From a virus, in IMG/VR virus record IMGVR_UViG_3300004154_000012: a DNA stretch of 64,000 nucleotides. One strand, 5' to 3'. A model generated the notes under the pieces. The model worked only from the letters and a program-made list of their open reading frames with translations. It made no database searches and was not told the DNA's origin. Within the stretch, counting starts at the first letter, position 1; each line of letters begins with the position of its first letter. Made by a program: the position numbers and the translations under genes. Positions 33,665 through 41,847 of this stretch are shown piece after piece.

Positions 33665-34876
33665 TCACCCGCTGGCCAGCGTCGGCACAGAGGACTGCGT
33701 CCCTATGCGTGCAACTTCCGCGACGAAGTAAACCGGAGGCATTTCGTCGTGGGTGCGACCATCCAATTCCTGGCCGGCGAGCCTCTTCCCCACTCGATAG
33801 ACCGTGTGCAACGCTGCACTGTCGTGGTTGGAGCGGATGGCCTCACTGCGGCGCGGGCCGTCGGGGTAGGCAAGGTCCGTCAAGCGGTAGAGCGCGCCGT
33901 CGTTGGCCAGCGCGAAGGCCTCGATCGGCTTCAGTGCGCCATCTTTGTCGCGCGGCCCGTACAAGCCCCAGCTCCCCCACTGCTTGAACAGGAAGGCGAC
34001 GCCGGCACGCGCGCAGGCATCACGAACCGCCCGCACCCAATCGGGATGCATCGGGCGCGGCCCGTTCTCTCCGCCGACGATCACCCAATCCAGTCGAGTC
34101 AGGCCGTCGGCGCCGCCGTGCCACCCTCGCAAGGCATTCATCGTCACCGGCGGCTTCCCACGCTCCGGCGCATCCGACGGCTTCAACACGACCCTGGTAA
34201 GGTCAACCAGTCTCAACAAAGGCTCCATGCTGACAAATCGCACAGCCGCCAGCGTGCGCAACAGGTCCGGGATACGCTCATCGGCGCGCGGCTGGTCCTC
34301 CACCGACACGCCCAACCAGACGTTCGGAACCGGCCATGCCGAGCGGTCGGCTTCGCTCGGGCGCCGCGGCCGTAACCCGAAGGCGCCCCGCAGATCGTCA
34401 ACCGAGTGGCGCGGGATCACCGAGACGCCGTCAGGACCGGTGCAACTCGCAATCGCACGCTCCCACGAGAACCCGGCGATGTAGGCCCGCATGCGAGCCG
34501 ATCGCTTGGTCAAAACCTGGAATGTGTGCCGAGCCGCGAGCGCCATCACGACGAACACGCGGTCAATCGCCTCATCGGGCACGGACTCGTGGAACAGGTC
34601 GGACATGGAGTTCACGAAGATGCGCCGAGCCCGGCCCCAACGCAGCGGCTGGGACAGCGACGGCGAATGCAGCCGAACCTCTCCTGTCCAGACCGGGCCC
34701 GCCTTGCTCGCCTTGGTCAGCCCGGCATATTTCGCCCCGCCCTTTCCGCCCATCCGCTCCAGCCGGGCGGCCTCCTTCATGGCGTAGCAGTTGGTGCAAC
34801 CGGGCGAGACCAAGGAACAGCCAGCCAGCGGATTCCAGGTCGCATCGGTCCACTCGATTCCGGTTTTGTCACCCAT
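33665..34876 (-). CDS. DUF5131 (phage Gp37/Gp68) family protein, three-Cys motif
   Basis: Start refined to ATG 34876. MGDKTGIEWTDATWNPLAGCSLVSPGCTNCYA is the family hallmark. NSMSDLFHE follows. Confidence 0.75.
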   Translation of the reverse strand: MGDKTGIEWTDATWNPLAGCSLVSPGCTNCYAMKEAARLERMGGKGGAKYAGLTKASKAGPVWTGEVRLHSPSLSQPLRWGRARRIFVNSMSDLFHESVPDEAIDRVFVVMALAARHTFQVLTKRSARMRAYIAGFSWERAIASCTGPDGVSVIPRHSVDDLRGAFGLRPRRPSEADRSAWPVPNVWLGVSVEDQPRADERIPDLLRTLAAVRFVSMEPLLRLVDLTRVVLKPSDAPERGKPPVTMNALRGWHGGADGLTRLDWVIVGGENGPRPMHPDWVRAVRDACARAGVAFLFKQWGSWGLYGPRDKDGALKPIEAFALANDGALYRLTDLAYPDGPRRSEAIRSNHDSAALHTVYRVGKRLAGQELDGRTHDEMPPVYFVAEVARIGTQSSVPTLASG

Positions 34877-34945
34877 GGGGTTGTCCCTTCTGGTTCGGTG
34901 TGAGGGCGAGGAGGCCGTCCAGGTCATAGCCGTGCTCGGCCAAGA

Positions 34946-35239
34946 TCATCGGCAACCGGGAGGTGGGTACCGCTGACAGCAAACCGGCGGCGTGCGCTCC
35001 GTCATAACGCGATGCACCCGCGCCAGCATCTCGGCGTGGGTCCGGTGGAGCGGCGCGCGGCACTGGTTGGCGGCCGTCGATGCCGCGATGAACAGGAAGA
35101 TCCAGGTATCATCCAGCGCCGACGCCAGATCAGCGGCAAGACGGGGCCAGTCGCCCCCAAAATGGCCGCTTATGCATTGTTTTTCCGAGAAATTTCCCGT
35201 TTCTCTCCCATTTTCCCGAACACTTCCCATTTTTCCCAT
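34946..35239 (-). CDS. hypothetical small protein with Lys/Glu/Gly-rich N-terminus
   Basis: Third positions are G/C-rich from DWPRLAADL onward. The start (35251, 35239 or 35230) lies inside a purine-rich tract. Confidence 0.35.
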   Translation of the reverse strand: MGKMGSVRENGRETGNFSEKQCISGHFGGDWPRLAADLASALDDTWIFLFIAASTAANQCRAPLHRTHAEMLARVHRVMTERTPPVCCQRYPPPGCR

Positions 35240-35247
35240 TTCCTTTC

Positions 35248-35835
35248 TCATTCTCGGCCGGCGTCTTGGACGCGCCGCAGATTTGGAAGCTGGACGACGT
35301 TCGCCGACCGCTCGTGCGAGGGGGCGCTGGCCTCCACGATCACGCGGAGCCGGTCGCGGGTTTTGAACTGTTCGGCGCACAGCCGCTGGCATTCCGCCCG
35401 GATGCCCGCCGGGGTCGGTCGCTTTTCCTCGCGGTTGATCCAGCGCCGACAGGCGTCCGTGACCACCCAATCGGGAAACTCGCCCAGCGCTTCGTGCCAG
35501 TCGTGTGCAACCACGCGCTGGAGCTGGACCGCCTGTTCCGCCCGGCTGGCCACGGTCGGTTGGTAATAGTGCTTGAGCATGCTGGCGACGCGTCCGGACA
35601 GCGCATGCGGCTCCATGGGGACGAGCGCCCGTTCGTAGACCGCCAAAGCCGACCGGCAGTCCTCCAGCACCGCCACAGGCAGCGTCGGCGGCGGTCGCCA
35701 GTCTTCGACGGTCCCCAAGTATTCCCCATCGTCACTGAACCGGCTGCGACCCGGGCGTCCGGTCATCAGCGGCTGCACCGAAGCCGGCAAGGAGGGCGTC
35801 GTCGGACGTGAAACGGCGGGCGTCAGGTCGGGCAT
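35248..35835 (-). CDS. hypothetical protein
   Basis: 195-aa ORF. The start is uncertain (ATG 35766 is an alternative) because 35835 overlaps the upstream gene by about 100 nt. Confidence 0.4.
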   Translation of the reverse strand: MPDLTPAVSRPTTPSLPASVQPLMTGRPGRSRFSDDGEYLGTVEDWRPPPTLPVAVLEDCRSALAVYERALVPMEPHALSGRVASMLKHYYQPTVASRAEQAVQLQRVVAHDWHEALGEFPDWVVTDACRRWINREEKRPTPAGIRAECQRLCAEQFKTRDRLRVIVEASAPSHERSANVVQLPNLRRVQDAGRE

Positions 35836-36607
35836 CGGTCTTCACCTCGGGCATGGGGGCGTTGCGTTCCGCAATCGCTCGCAGGATCGGCTTGTCGAAA
35901 TACTTCAGGCTGTCGGGAGGGGCTGGATCGGCGCGGTCCCGCATCACCCGGCGGACCACGCGGAGGATCAGTTCCTCGTCCGCGCCTTGGTTGAGCCAGG
36001 TCGTGATGCGAGTGTAGTCACCGAACCAGTTCGGGTTATCGGCCACGCCCAAGATTGTCGCGACCTCCTTCCCCACACGGAAGGCGTCACCGGCAGGCGG
36101 AGAAGCCGAATGCAATCCTGGAGGGGTCAGGGGCGTTGGTTCGGGCGCGCGCGCTTCACCACCACGTTCCTTCCCTTCCCTTCCCTTCCCTTCCCTTCCC
36201 GGAAGGGGGGTGTCCGGCGCGTGCCCGACGCGTGGATCACGCGTGCCGCACGCGTCGTCATCGGACGGCGACTGGACGGCGACGGGCGGAGACGGCAATT
36301 TCGACGCCGCTTCGCGGTTGTTGATGACCTGGTGCGTCGTAAAGGTCGGGATATAGGCGTAGGTAATGTCTCTAACCTCATAGAGAACAATGAGCTTTTG
36401 CCGGATCAACTGTCCGCACAGCTCTTCGATGTCGCAGTTGTCAGCGGGGAGGTACCGCATCTTCAGGGTCATGGGGCGCCACCGCATCCGGCCTTCGCGG
36501 TCGGCCTCGCACCAGGTGGCGATGAACAGAATCCGGGCGAGTGGGTGGAGCGAAACGACGTCCTCGCTGGTGAAGAAGTCGGGCTTGATCGAGCGGATAC
36601 GGGCCAT
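35732..36607 (-). CDS. conserved phage protein, possible replication organizer (DnaD-like C-terminus)
   Basis: MARIRSIKPDFFTSEDVVSLHPLARILFIATWCEADREGR is a widespread prophage N-terminal block. The two halves are joined by a Gly/Lys/Arg/Glu linker encoded by a pentanucleotide repeat. Confidence 0.55.
   Translation of the reverse strand: MARIRSIKPDFFTSEDVVSLHPLARILFIATWCEADREGRMRWRPMTLKMRYLPADNCDIEELCGQLIRQKLIVLYEVRDITYAYIPTFTTHQVINNREAASKLPSPPVAVQSPSDDDACGTRDPRVGHAPDTPLPGREGKGREGKERGGEARAPEPTPLTPPGLHSASPPAGDAFRVGKEVATILGVADNPNWFGDYTRITTWLNQGADEELILRVVRRVMRDRADPAPPDSLKYFDKPILRAIAERNAPMPEVKTDARPDARRFTSDDALLAGFGAAADDRTPGSQPVQ
36167..36200. repeat. pentanucleotide microsatellite (TTCCC)6 plus a partial unit, inside a CDS
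   Basis: The plus strand reads ttcc then ttccc x6, encoding GREGKGREGKER on the minus strand. Confidence 0.9.
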
Positions 36608-37590
36608 CAGCAGCAGCCCCCTTCCGGCGCGTCGAGCGTGGCGAACAGAGGCGTGTCGGAACCGTCCGGCACGCCATCGCCACTCGTGGGCGACGCGTCA
36701 TTCACGCGCGGCTCACGCGTGGTGGCAGGTGGAGCGCCGATCAAATCATGCTCCATGCGGTCGAGTTGGTGCCGGAGGAGATTGATCCGGTCCCGCACCT
36801 CTTCCGCATCGGCGCCGGGCTTCAATCGGCCGATGCGCCGATGCGCCTCCTCCATGGCCTGCCAGTCGGGCCATTTGTCCGCTTCCATGCCCAGCACAGC
36901 GGCAAGCGCCGCCCATGTCTTCTGCACCCGCCGTCCGTTGTAGGACAGGTTTTGGATAGCCCGTGTGAGCGCGTAGCTGCCATCCTCCTTGTCCGGCCGA
37001 CCGATGAGCCCCAGCAGCTCCGCAGCGGCCTTACGCACAGTGTCCGCGTTTTGGAACAGATCAGCGATGTCGCCGCCGATCTGCCTGGATACTGTATCTG
37101 CGGAACGCCAGCGGTTGATGTTGCGCGGCTCAATCGCCCGCCGCTTCTCCTGCCGCTCCAGACCGTCCCACATCAGCTTCTGCCACGCGGGCAGCGGCAG
37201 ATTCTCCATCACCTTTAGCGTTGGGGCCTTCACCATCCGCCAGCCGGCAGGGCCCCGCGCCATCAGCCCACAGCCATGAGGGATGTCGCCCTTTCCAACC
37301 AGCCCAGCCGGCACGGCGAAAACGACGGCACATGCGTAGGACAGGTAGCTCTGCCATTTTCCAGACGTGACGTCCGAACGAAAATCCGGGACGCTGACCT
37401 TCACCTCATAGGCGAGTGGCGCGAACAGGCTGTAGGTCCTGGGAATCGTGTAGACGTCAGGCCGCGGCGACCCGCTGGGGCCGAGTTGCATGTTGGTCCA
37501 CACCAGCCGCTCGGGCCCGTCCAGATGCGCCGCCAGATCGGCCGCGAGGTCATCGTGCTTCCATTTGATGGACGCCAGCGGGTCGGTCAT
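36607..37590 (-). CDS. PD-(D/E)xK-like (MmcB-like) nuclease-fold protein, tentative
   Basis: 327 aa. RPDVYTI...AYEVKVSVPDFRSDVTSGKW fits a D...E-x-K restriction-endonuclease-like core. Confidence 0.5.
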   Translation of the reverse strand: MTDPLASIKWKHDDLAADLAAHLDGPERLVWTNMQLGPSGSPRPDVYTIPRTYSLFAPLAYEVKVSVPDFRSDVTSGKWQSYLSYACAVVFAVPAGLVGKGDIPHGCGLMARGPAGWRMVKAPTLKVMENLPLPAWQKLMWDGLERQEKRRAIEPRNINRWRSADTVSRQIGGDIADLFQNADTVRKAAAELLGLIGRPDKEDGSYALTRAIQNLSYNGRRVQKTWAALAAVLGMEADKWPDWQAMEEAHRRIGRLKPGADAEEVRDRINLLRHQLDRMEHDLIGAPPATTREPRVNDASPTSGDGVPDGSDTPLFATLDAPEGGCC

Positions 37591-38909
37591 GGTCCGGCAC
37601 CATCGAAGCGAGCGCCGTTAACGTGCATGGCGAACTGCGGTCGCCCCTCGAAGCGAAGAGCGGCACCCTGCACGGATCTCAGCATCACCTCAGACGAGAG
37701 ATGACGACGCCCGAGTTCTTCCGCGACCATACCAGTCACGTTGCTCCCGGCCATCGGATCGTAGACCAGCTCCCCAGGCGCCGTGCAGGTCAAGATGATC
37801 GACCGCGGCACCTCTGCCGGGAACCGAGCGCTGTGCACCGGCAGGCCCGCGGCACGGCACCGGCGGCTGTAAGTGTCCGAGCCAGGGGCGCCGGCGGCGA
37901 CGATCAGGTTGCCGGGGAGGGCGCCATCGCCCTTCGGTTCGAACGCTGCCTCGCGAATGTCGTAACCGGAGGGGCGCATTCCCTTTTCCCGCTTGGCCTT
38001 TGCCCACCAACGCTGCGTGCTGGGACTGAACGGGACCGGCGGCAACCGCGTGATGTCCCAGGATGGATTCGCCGTCTTCGAGAGCAGGACGACATGCTCG
38101 ACCTGGTTCTTCGGCCGAACCTTCTTCGCGGCGGTCCACTGGATGTTGCCGACCTTGGTTGGGGAGAACCACGGCATCCTGCCGGCGAGGTGGAAGCCGC
38201 AGTCGTCGATCGCGTTCAGCACGTAGCGCTCGACATAGGGGCTGAGCGCCGGACTGCCCGGCACATGGACATCGCCCAAGTTCAGGGCCAGCGTGCCGGT
38301 GTCGGTCAGCAGGTCGCGCCACAGCAGTGTCAGGCGTTTCATCCAGTCCAGCCATGCCGGAACATCCACGCGACCGTAATCGCGCGAGACCACAGGATAA
38401 GGCGGGCTGGTCAGGATGAGGTTGACCGACTCCCGCTCTATCACCGACGCGGCGTCCTCGGCATGCGCCCATAGAGCCACCCCGAGGTCGGTCGAGTAGA
38501 TCAGCAGCGTGACGCCGCGCCGGGCGCGCAGCAGCTTCGCGTGACCGGGATCGGCCAGTTCCCAGATCCCGCGCGTGCCGTCGGCGATCAGCCCTTCCAT
38601 CACGGCAGTCTGACGCGCCCAACGAACCTGCTGCTCGAACACGACATAGCTCTGGCCATCGCCGCAGGTCCGGCGCTCCTGGCGGAGATCAACCGGCACG
38701 CCCAAGCGCTCGGCGAGTTGGTGGTAGAGGTCGCGGGGCCGGGCTTTGTCGCCGGCGTCCTCCAGCGTTTCCAGGAGTGGGAGTTGCAACATGCCCTGAA
38801 GCGACGCCTTGCTCGTGCGCTTTCGGGCTTCGGCTTCGACGGTTTCACCGCGACGGACCCGGCGGGCACGGGCCCTCATGGCGGCTTGGCTTGGAACGGA
38901 ATCGGTCAT
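37587..38909 (-). CDS. beta-class N6-adenine/N4-cytosine DNA methyltransferase with N-terminal winged-helix (Mrr_N-like)
   Basis: Start refined to ATG 38909 (ATGA overlap). LILTSPPYP catalytic motif precedes the SAM motif VYDPMAGSNVTG (beta order). Confidence 0.85.
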   Translation of the reverse strand: MTDSVPSQAAMRARARRVRRGETVEAEARKRTSKASLQGMLQLPLLETLEDAGDKARPRDLYHQLAERLGVPVDLRQERRTCGDGQSYVVFEQQVRWARQTAVMEGLIADGTRGIWELADPGHAKLLRARRGVTLLIYSTDLGVALWAHAEDAASVIERESVNLILTSPPYPVVSRDYGRVDVPAWLDWMKRLTLLWRDLLTDTGTLALNLGDVHVPGSPALSPYVERYVLNAIDDCGFHLAGRMPWFSPTKVGNIQWTAAKKVRPKNQVEHVVLLSKTANPSWDITRLPPVPFSPSTQRWWAKAKREKGMRPSGYDIREAAFEPKGDGALPGNLIVAAGAPGSDTYSRRCRAAGLPVHSARFPAEVPRSIILTCTAPGELVYDPMAGSNVTGMVAEELGRRHLSSEVMLRSVQGAALRFEGRPQFAMHVNGARFDGAGP

Positions 38910-40009
38910 GCCTGGTCCCTCACTCGCAGAGCCCATAGACGCTTGAGCATGTCGGAGGTGGAGCTGCCTTCAGCAGGTCGTACTGGCGCCCCCCCCCGGC
39001 TGGTCAGCGCCCAATCGACCATCGCGTCGATGTTGCAATAGCGGTACGCGTGGGCAGCGTCGCCGCCTTCGCCATCAGCGTGGTGGAGCAGGGTCGAGAA
39101 GCCCCGCTTGCTGGCCTGCCCGACCAGCCGCTCCATTTTGCGGATGCGGTCGATGTGTTCAGGCCAGCGAGCGGCCGCGTTGGCGATTTCGCCCTTGCCT
39201 GAATTGATGCAGAGCATACAGCCGACCCTGGAACACCCCAGCGAATACAGGCGGTTCAGCTTGACCCCGCGCGCCCGGATGAAATCGACCGTCTGTTGAG
39301 CGGTCCAGTCGACGATCGGCCGGACGATCTCCCATCCCTCGGGTGTCCATTCGCGCGCGGCGGCGTTGCGCCTCGCCTCGCTTTCGTCTCGGCGAACACC
39401 CTGCCAGCTCTCCAGTCGATGACCCTGCCGGATCAGGTCGACCATGTAGTCGTCAAGCGGGTAGCGCTTGAGGTGCTGCGTGCAGAATTGAGCCTTCCGC
39501 GACGGGAAGCGGCCCTTCCAAAGGCAAAGATCGAGGAAGGGGACGCCCGTCGGGTGCAGAACCTCCAGGGCGCGAGCCACGACCTCCGCAGCTTCGTCGG
39601 CCGACATCGGCCGGAGGGCCGCCGACCAGACCCACCCCCCTATCACGGAGCCAAGATAGGGGTTGACCGGGGGCGGCGGCTCCAGATCGTCTTCCTCGAC
39701 CGCCCCCAGACGCACCCACTTGCCCGACTTGCCGTTGACCAGCTTGCCGGGCCATTTCTCGGCGACATAGACGCGCTTGCGGGCGATGTCGTTGGCGAAG
39801 TCGGCCTTCACCACGTCGATCCGAGCGTTCAACCAGAGCGGCAGGTAATTTAACAGGTAATCAAGCGTTATTTCATGTTCATGTCCAGTATCCGCAAAAA
39901 CGAAGCGGCAGCGTTCTTGACCATATTCTTCAATGGCGCGGAGGGCCGTCGCGGTGCTGTCTTTTCCGCCCGAAACCGAGACAACAGCAATGGGTTGAGC
40001 GCGGCTCAT
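38906..40009 (-). CDS. PAPS-reductase / PP-loop ATPase family protein
   Basis: VVSVSGGKDSTATAL is a PP-loop (SGGKDS). 367 aa. Translationally coupled to the methyltransferase. Confidence 0.85.
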   Translation of the reverse strand: MSRAQPIAVVSVSGGKDSTATALRAIEEYGQERCRFVFADTGHEHEITLDYLLNYLPLWLNARIDVVKADFANDIARKRVYVAEKWPGKLVNGKSGKWVRLGAVEEDDLEPPPPVNPYLGSVIGGWVWSAALRPMSADEAAEVVARALEVLHPTGVPFLDLCLWKGRFPSRKAQFCTQHLKRYPLDDYMVDLIRQGHRLESWQGVRRDESEARRNAAAREWTPEGWEIVRPIVDWTAQQTVDFIRARGVKLNRLYSLGCSRVGCMLCINSGKGEIANAAARWPEHIDRIRKMERLVGQASKRGFSTLLHHADGEGGDAAHAYRYCNIDAMVDWALTSRGGAPVRPAEGSSTSDMLKRLWALRVRDQA

Positions 40010-40071
40010 AACGTTTTCCTGGCATCAAAGTTGATATGAGCACTGGGATTGCCAGCGCTGGAGAGACCGCT

Positions 40072-40452
40072 TCAGGCCACCTCCTCGATGACGATCACGG
40101 TCTTCTGCGCGCGCCGGTCCGCGGCCTTCACCGCCACCACCTCCAGCTCCAGGCAGGAGGGGCTGTCGTCGGCAACGAGGCCGAGACCGTGCGGGTGCCG
40201 AACGGAGAGCGGAAGTAGGCAGTCGATGACTTGCTTAGCGCCGCCAACCATGCCGTCATAGTCAGGCGTGCGGGTCGAATGCCGCTCGATCCGCACCTTC
40301 GCGCGACCGTACGGTTTCTCCGGCCGCTGTCCGGAGGTCGCGGCCCGGATCAACCACGCAAAGCGCGCGGCAAGTTTCCGGCGCTTCGACCAGTGCATGC
40401 GGAGCACGACATTCAGAAGTGGTGTAGGCTCGTCCAGCTCGAAGCGGATCAT
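40072..40452 (-). CDS. RusA-like Holliday junction resolvase
   Basis: Start refined to ATG 40452. PDYDGMVGGAKQVIDCL...GLVADDSP matches the RusA acidic motif spacing. Confidence 0.65.
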   Translation of the reverse strand: MIRFELDEPTPLLNVVLRMHWSKRRKLAARFAWLIRAATSGQRPEKPYGRAKVRIERHSTRTPDYDGMVGGAKQVIDCLLPLSVRHPHGLGLVADDSPSCLELEVVAVKAADRRAQKTVIVIEEVA

Positions 40453-40802
40453 CCCACCGCCTCCGTTCCAACCGTCCTTAGCGTCAGCACCGACACCGCG
40501 GCCTGCATCAGGTCTCCAGCCAGTTCCAGCGCGCGGTAAGGCGTCAGCAGGACAACCTGCGGCTCGCGATCGCCATAGACGCACAATGAAGGTGGGGTGG
40601 TGCCGTTCGGCTGCACCACCAGAATGCGGGTGGCGTCATCAACGACGGCTCGCGCCGGCGTCTCGCGTGCCTGCCGCTCGTATTTGTCCATCCATGCCAG
40701 CACCGCCGCTTCGGTCGCCGCGCGCAGCTTCCGACCGGTGCGGAGTTGGAAGACGAAGGCCGGATCCTTGAGGGCCAACCTTCCGAATTTCGTCGGGGAC
40801 AT
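40449..40802 (-). CDS. Cro-like early regulator (putative HTH)
   Basis: Start refined to ATG 40802 (GGGAG SD). MSPTKFGRLALKDPAFVFQLRTGR. Divergent from the CI-like gene. Confidence 0.5.
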   Translation of the reverse strand: MSPTKFGRLALKDPAFVFQLRTGRKLRAATEAAVLAWMDKYERQARETPARAVVDDATRILVVQPNGTTPPSLCVYGDREPQVVLLTPYRALELAGDLMQAAVSVLTLRTVGTEAVG

Positions 40803-40984
40803 AGGGTACTCCCGTAGGAACACCTCAACTCTTTTGCATAGGTTCGTCATGGATCGTAGGATTACCCCACGCTAGGCGTGCCGACAAGCCCGTTCCTATG
40901 GGTTGCGGCGACCCTCGATTGGAAATACCTTCGGAACCATGTATTGAGACGCTCCTACAGGGGCCAAACAGACAGGATGAACGA
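40803..40984. promoter_or_regulatory. divergent immunity promoter/operator region
   Basis: CGTAGGAA 40813, CATAGGTT 40837, CGTAGGAT 40855, palindrome CACGC-TAG-GCGTG 40868-40880, TTCCTATG 40893, CTCCTACAG 40953. Confidence 0.55.
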
Positions 40985-41653
40985 ATGTCGCAGCCGCTGG
41001 AGCCCCAGCGTCAGCTCGTGCTCGACCGCGTGCAGGAGCTGGGCCTTACTCTCAATGGGGTTAGCCGAGCGATCGGTCGCAACGCCGCCTATCTGCACCA
41101 GTTCGTTCACCGAAAGACACCGCGTTACCTGCCAAGAGATACCCGCGAGGCGCTGGCCGTTGTGCTTGGTGTACGGGAGGAGGTTCTGCGGTTTCCGGAC
41201 GAGCCAGCCCCTCCCCCGGCGTTGATGAGCGCGCGGACCTCACTGGCGCGGACACGAACCTTTGGGATTGCGAACCGGCCGACCCACCTGGAGGAAGCCC
41301 CGCGCGATGTTCCCCTGTTTCGTGAAACCGACCAGATTGAGCCTGCCATGGCGAGGGAGGCCGCTCTACGGCCGACCCATCTGCCAGCCGCTGGACCTCT
41401 GGTCGCGGTGTGGATCACCCGCCACTCGGGCCGCCTACGCCCTGGCGACCTTGCGTACATCAGCTTGTCTCAGCCGCCGCGACCTGGCGACATCGTTGTT
41501 GTGCTGAAGGACAAGCGGATTGCGGCCATTGGCGATCTGGTCGGGTTGACTAACGGAACCGCCTCTGTGCTCGCTGAGAGCGGGCGCGATCCGGAGGACT
41601 TCTCACGCGATTCGGTGGAGATCTGCAAGGTACTGGCTGTCACTCTTGCGTAG
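40985..41653 (+). CDS. CI-like repressor: N-terminal HTH plus S24/LexA-like C-terminal domain
   Basis: Start refined to ATG 40985. LNGVSRAIGRNAAYLHQFV HTH. The C-terminal LRPGDLAYISLSQPPRPGDIVVVL...KVLAV has an S24-like beta pattern, but I could not see a clear Ser-Lys dyad. Confidence 0.65.
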   Translation: MSQPLEPQRQLVLDRVQELGLTLNGVSRAIGRNAAYLHQFVHRKTPRYLPRDTREALAVVLGVREEVLRFPDEPAPPPALMSARTSLARTRTFGIANRPTHLEEAPRDVPLFRETDQIEPAMAREAALRPTHLPAAGPLVAVWITRHSGRLRPGDLAYISLSQPPRPGDIVVVLKDKRIAAIGDLVGLTNGTASVLAESGRDPEDFSRDSVEICKVLAVTLA

Positions 41654-41755
41654 AAATTTTCTGTCGTTCTGTTTCTGTTCCACCATCTGCCGCGACATTT
41701 TCACAATGTTGTTAACCCCAGGCTGACCCCCCAGGCGTTTTCTTTCGGCCATCAT

Positions 41756-41792
41756 CGTAGGATTTTACAATATCACTATTGTTGATCCTACG
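41756..41792. promoter_or_regulatory. operator-like palindrome CGTAGGAT-N21-ATCCTACG
   Basis: Perfect 8-bp arms flank an AT-rich spacer (TTTACAATATCACTATTGTTG), 56 nt upstream of the 41848 gene. Confidence 0.55.
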
Positions 41793-41847
41793 CCTTCCTC
41801 GTAGTCTGTCGGGCTAGAAATCGCCCACGCCAGACAAAGGAAAGACA

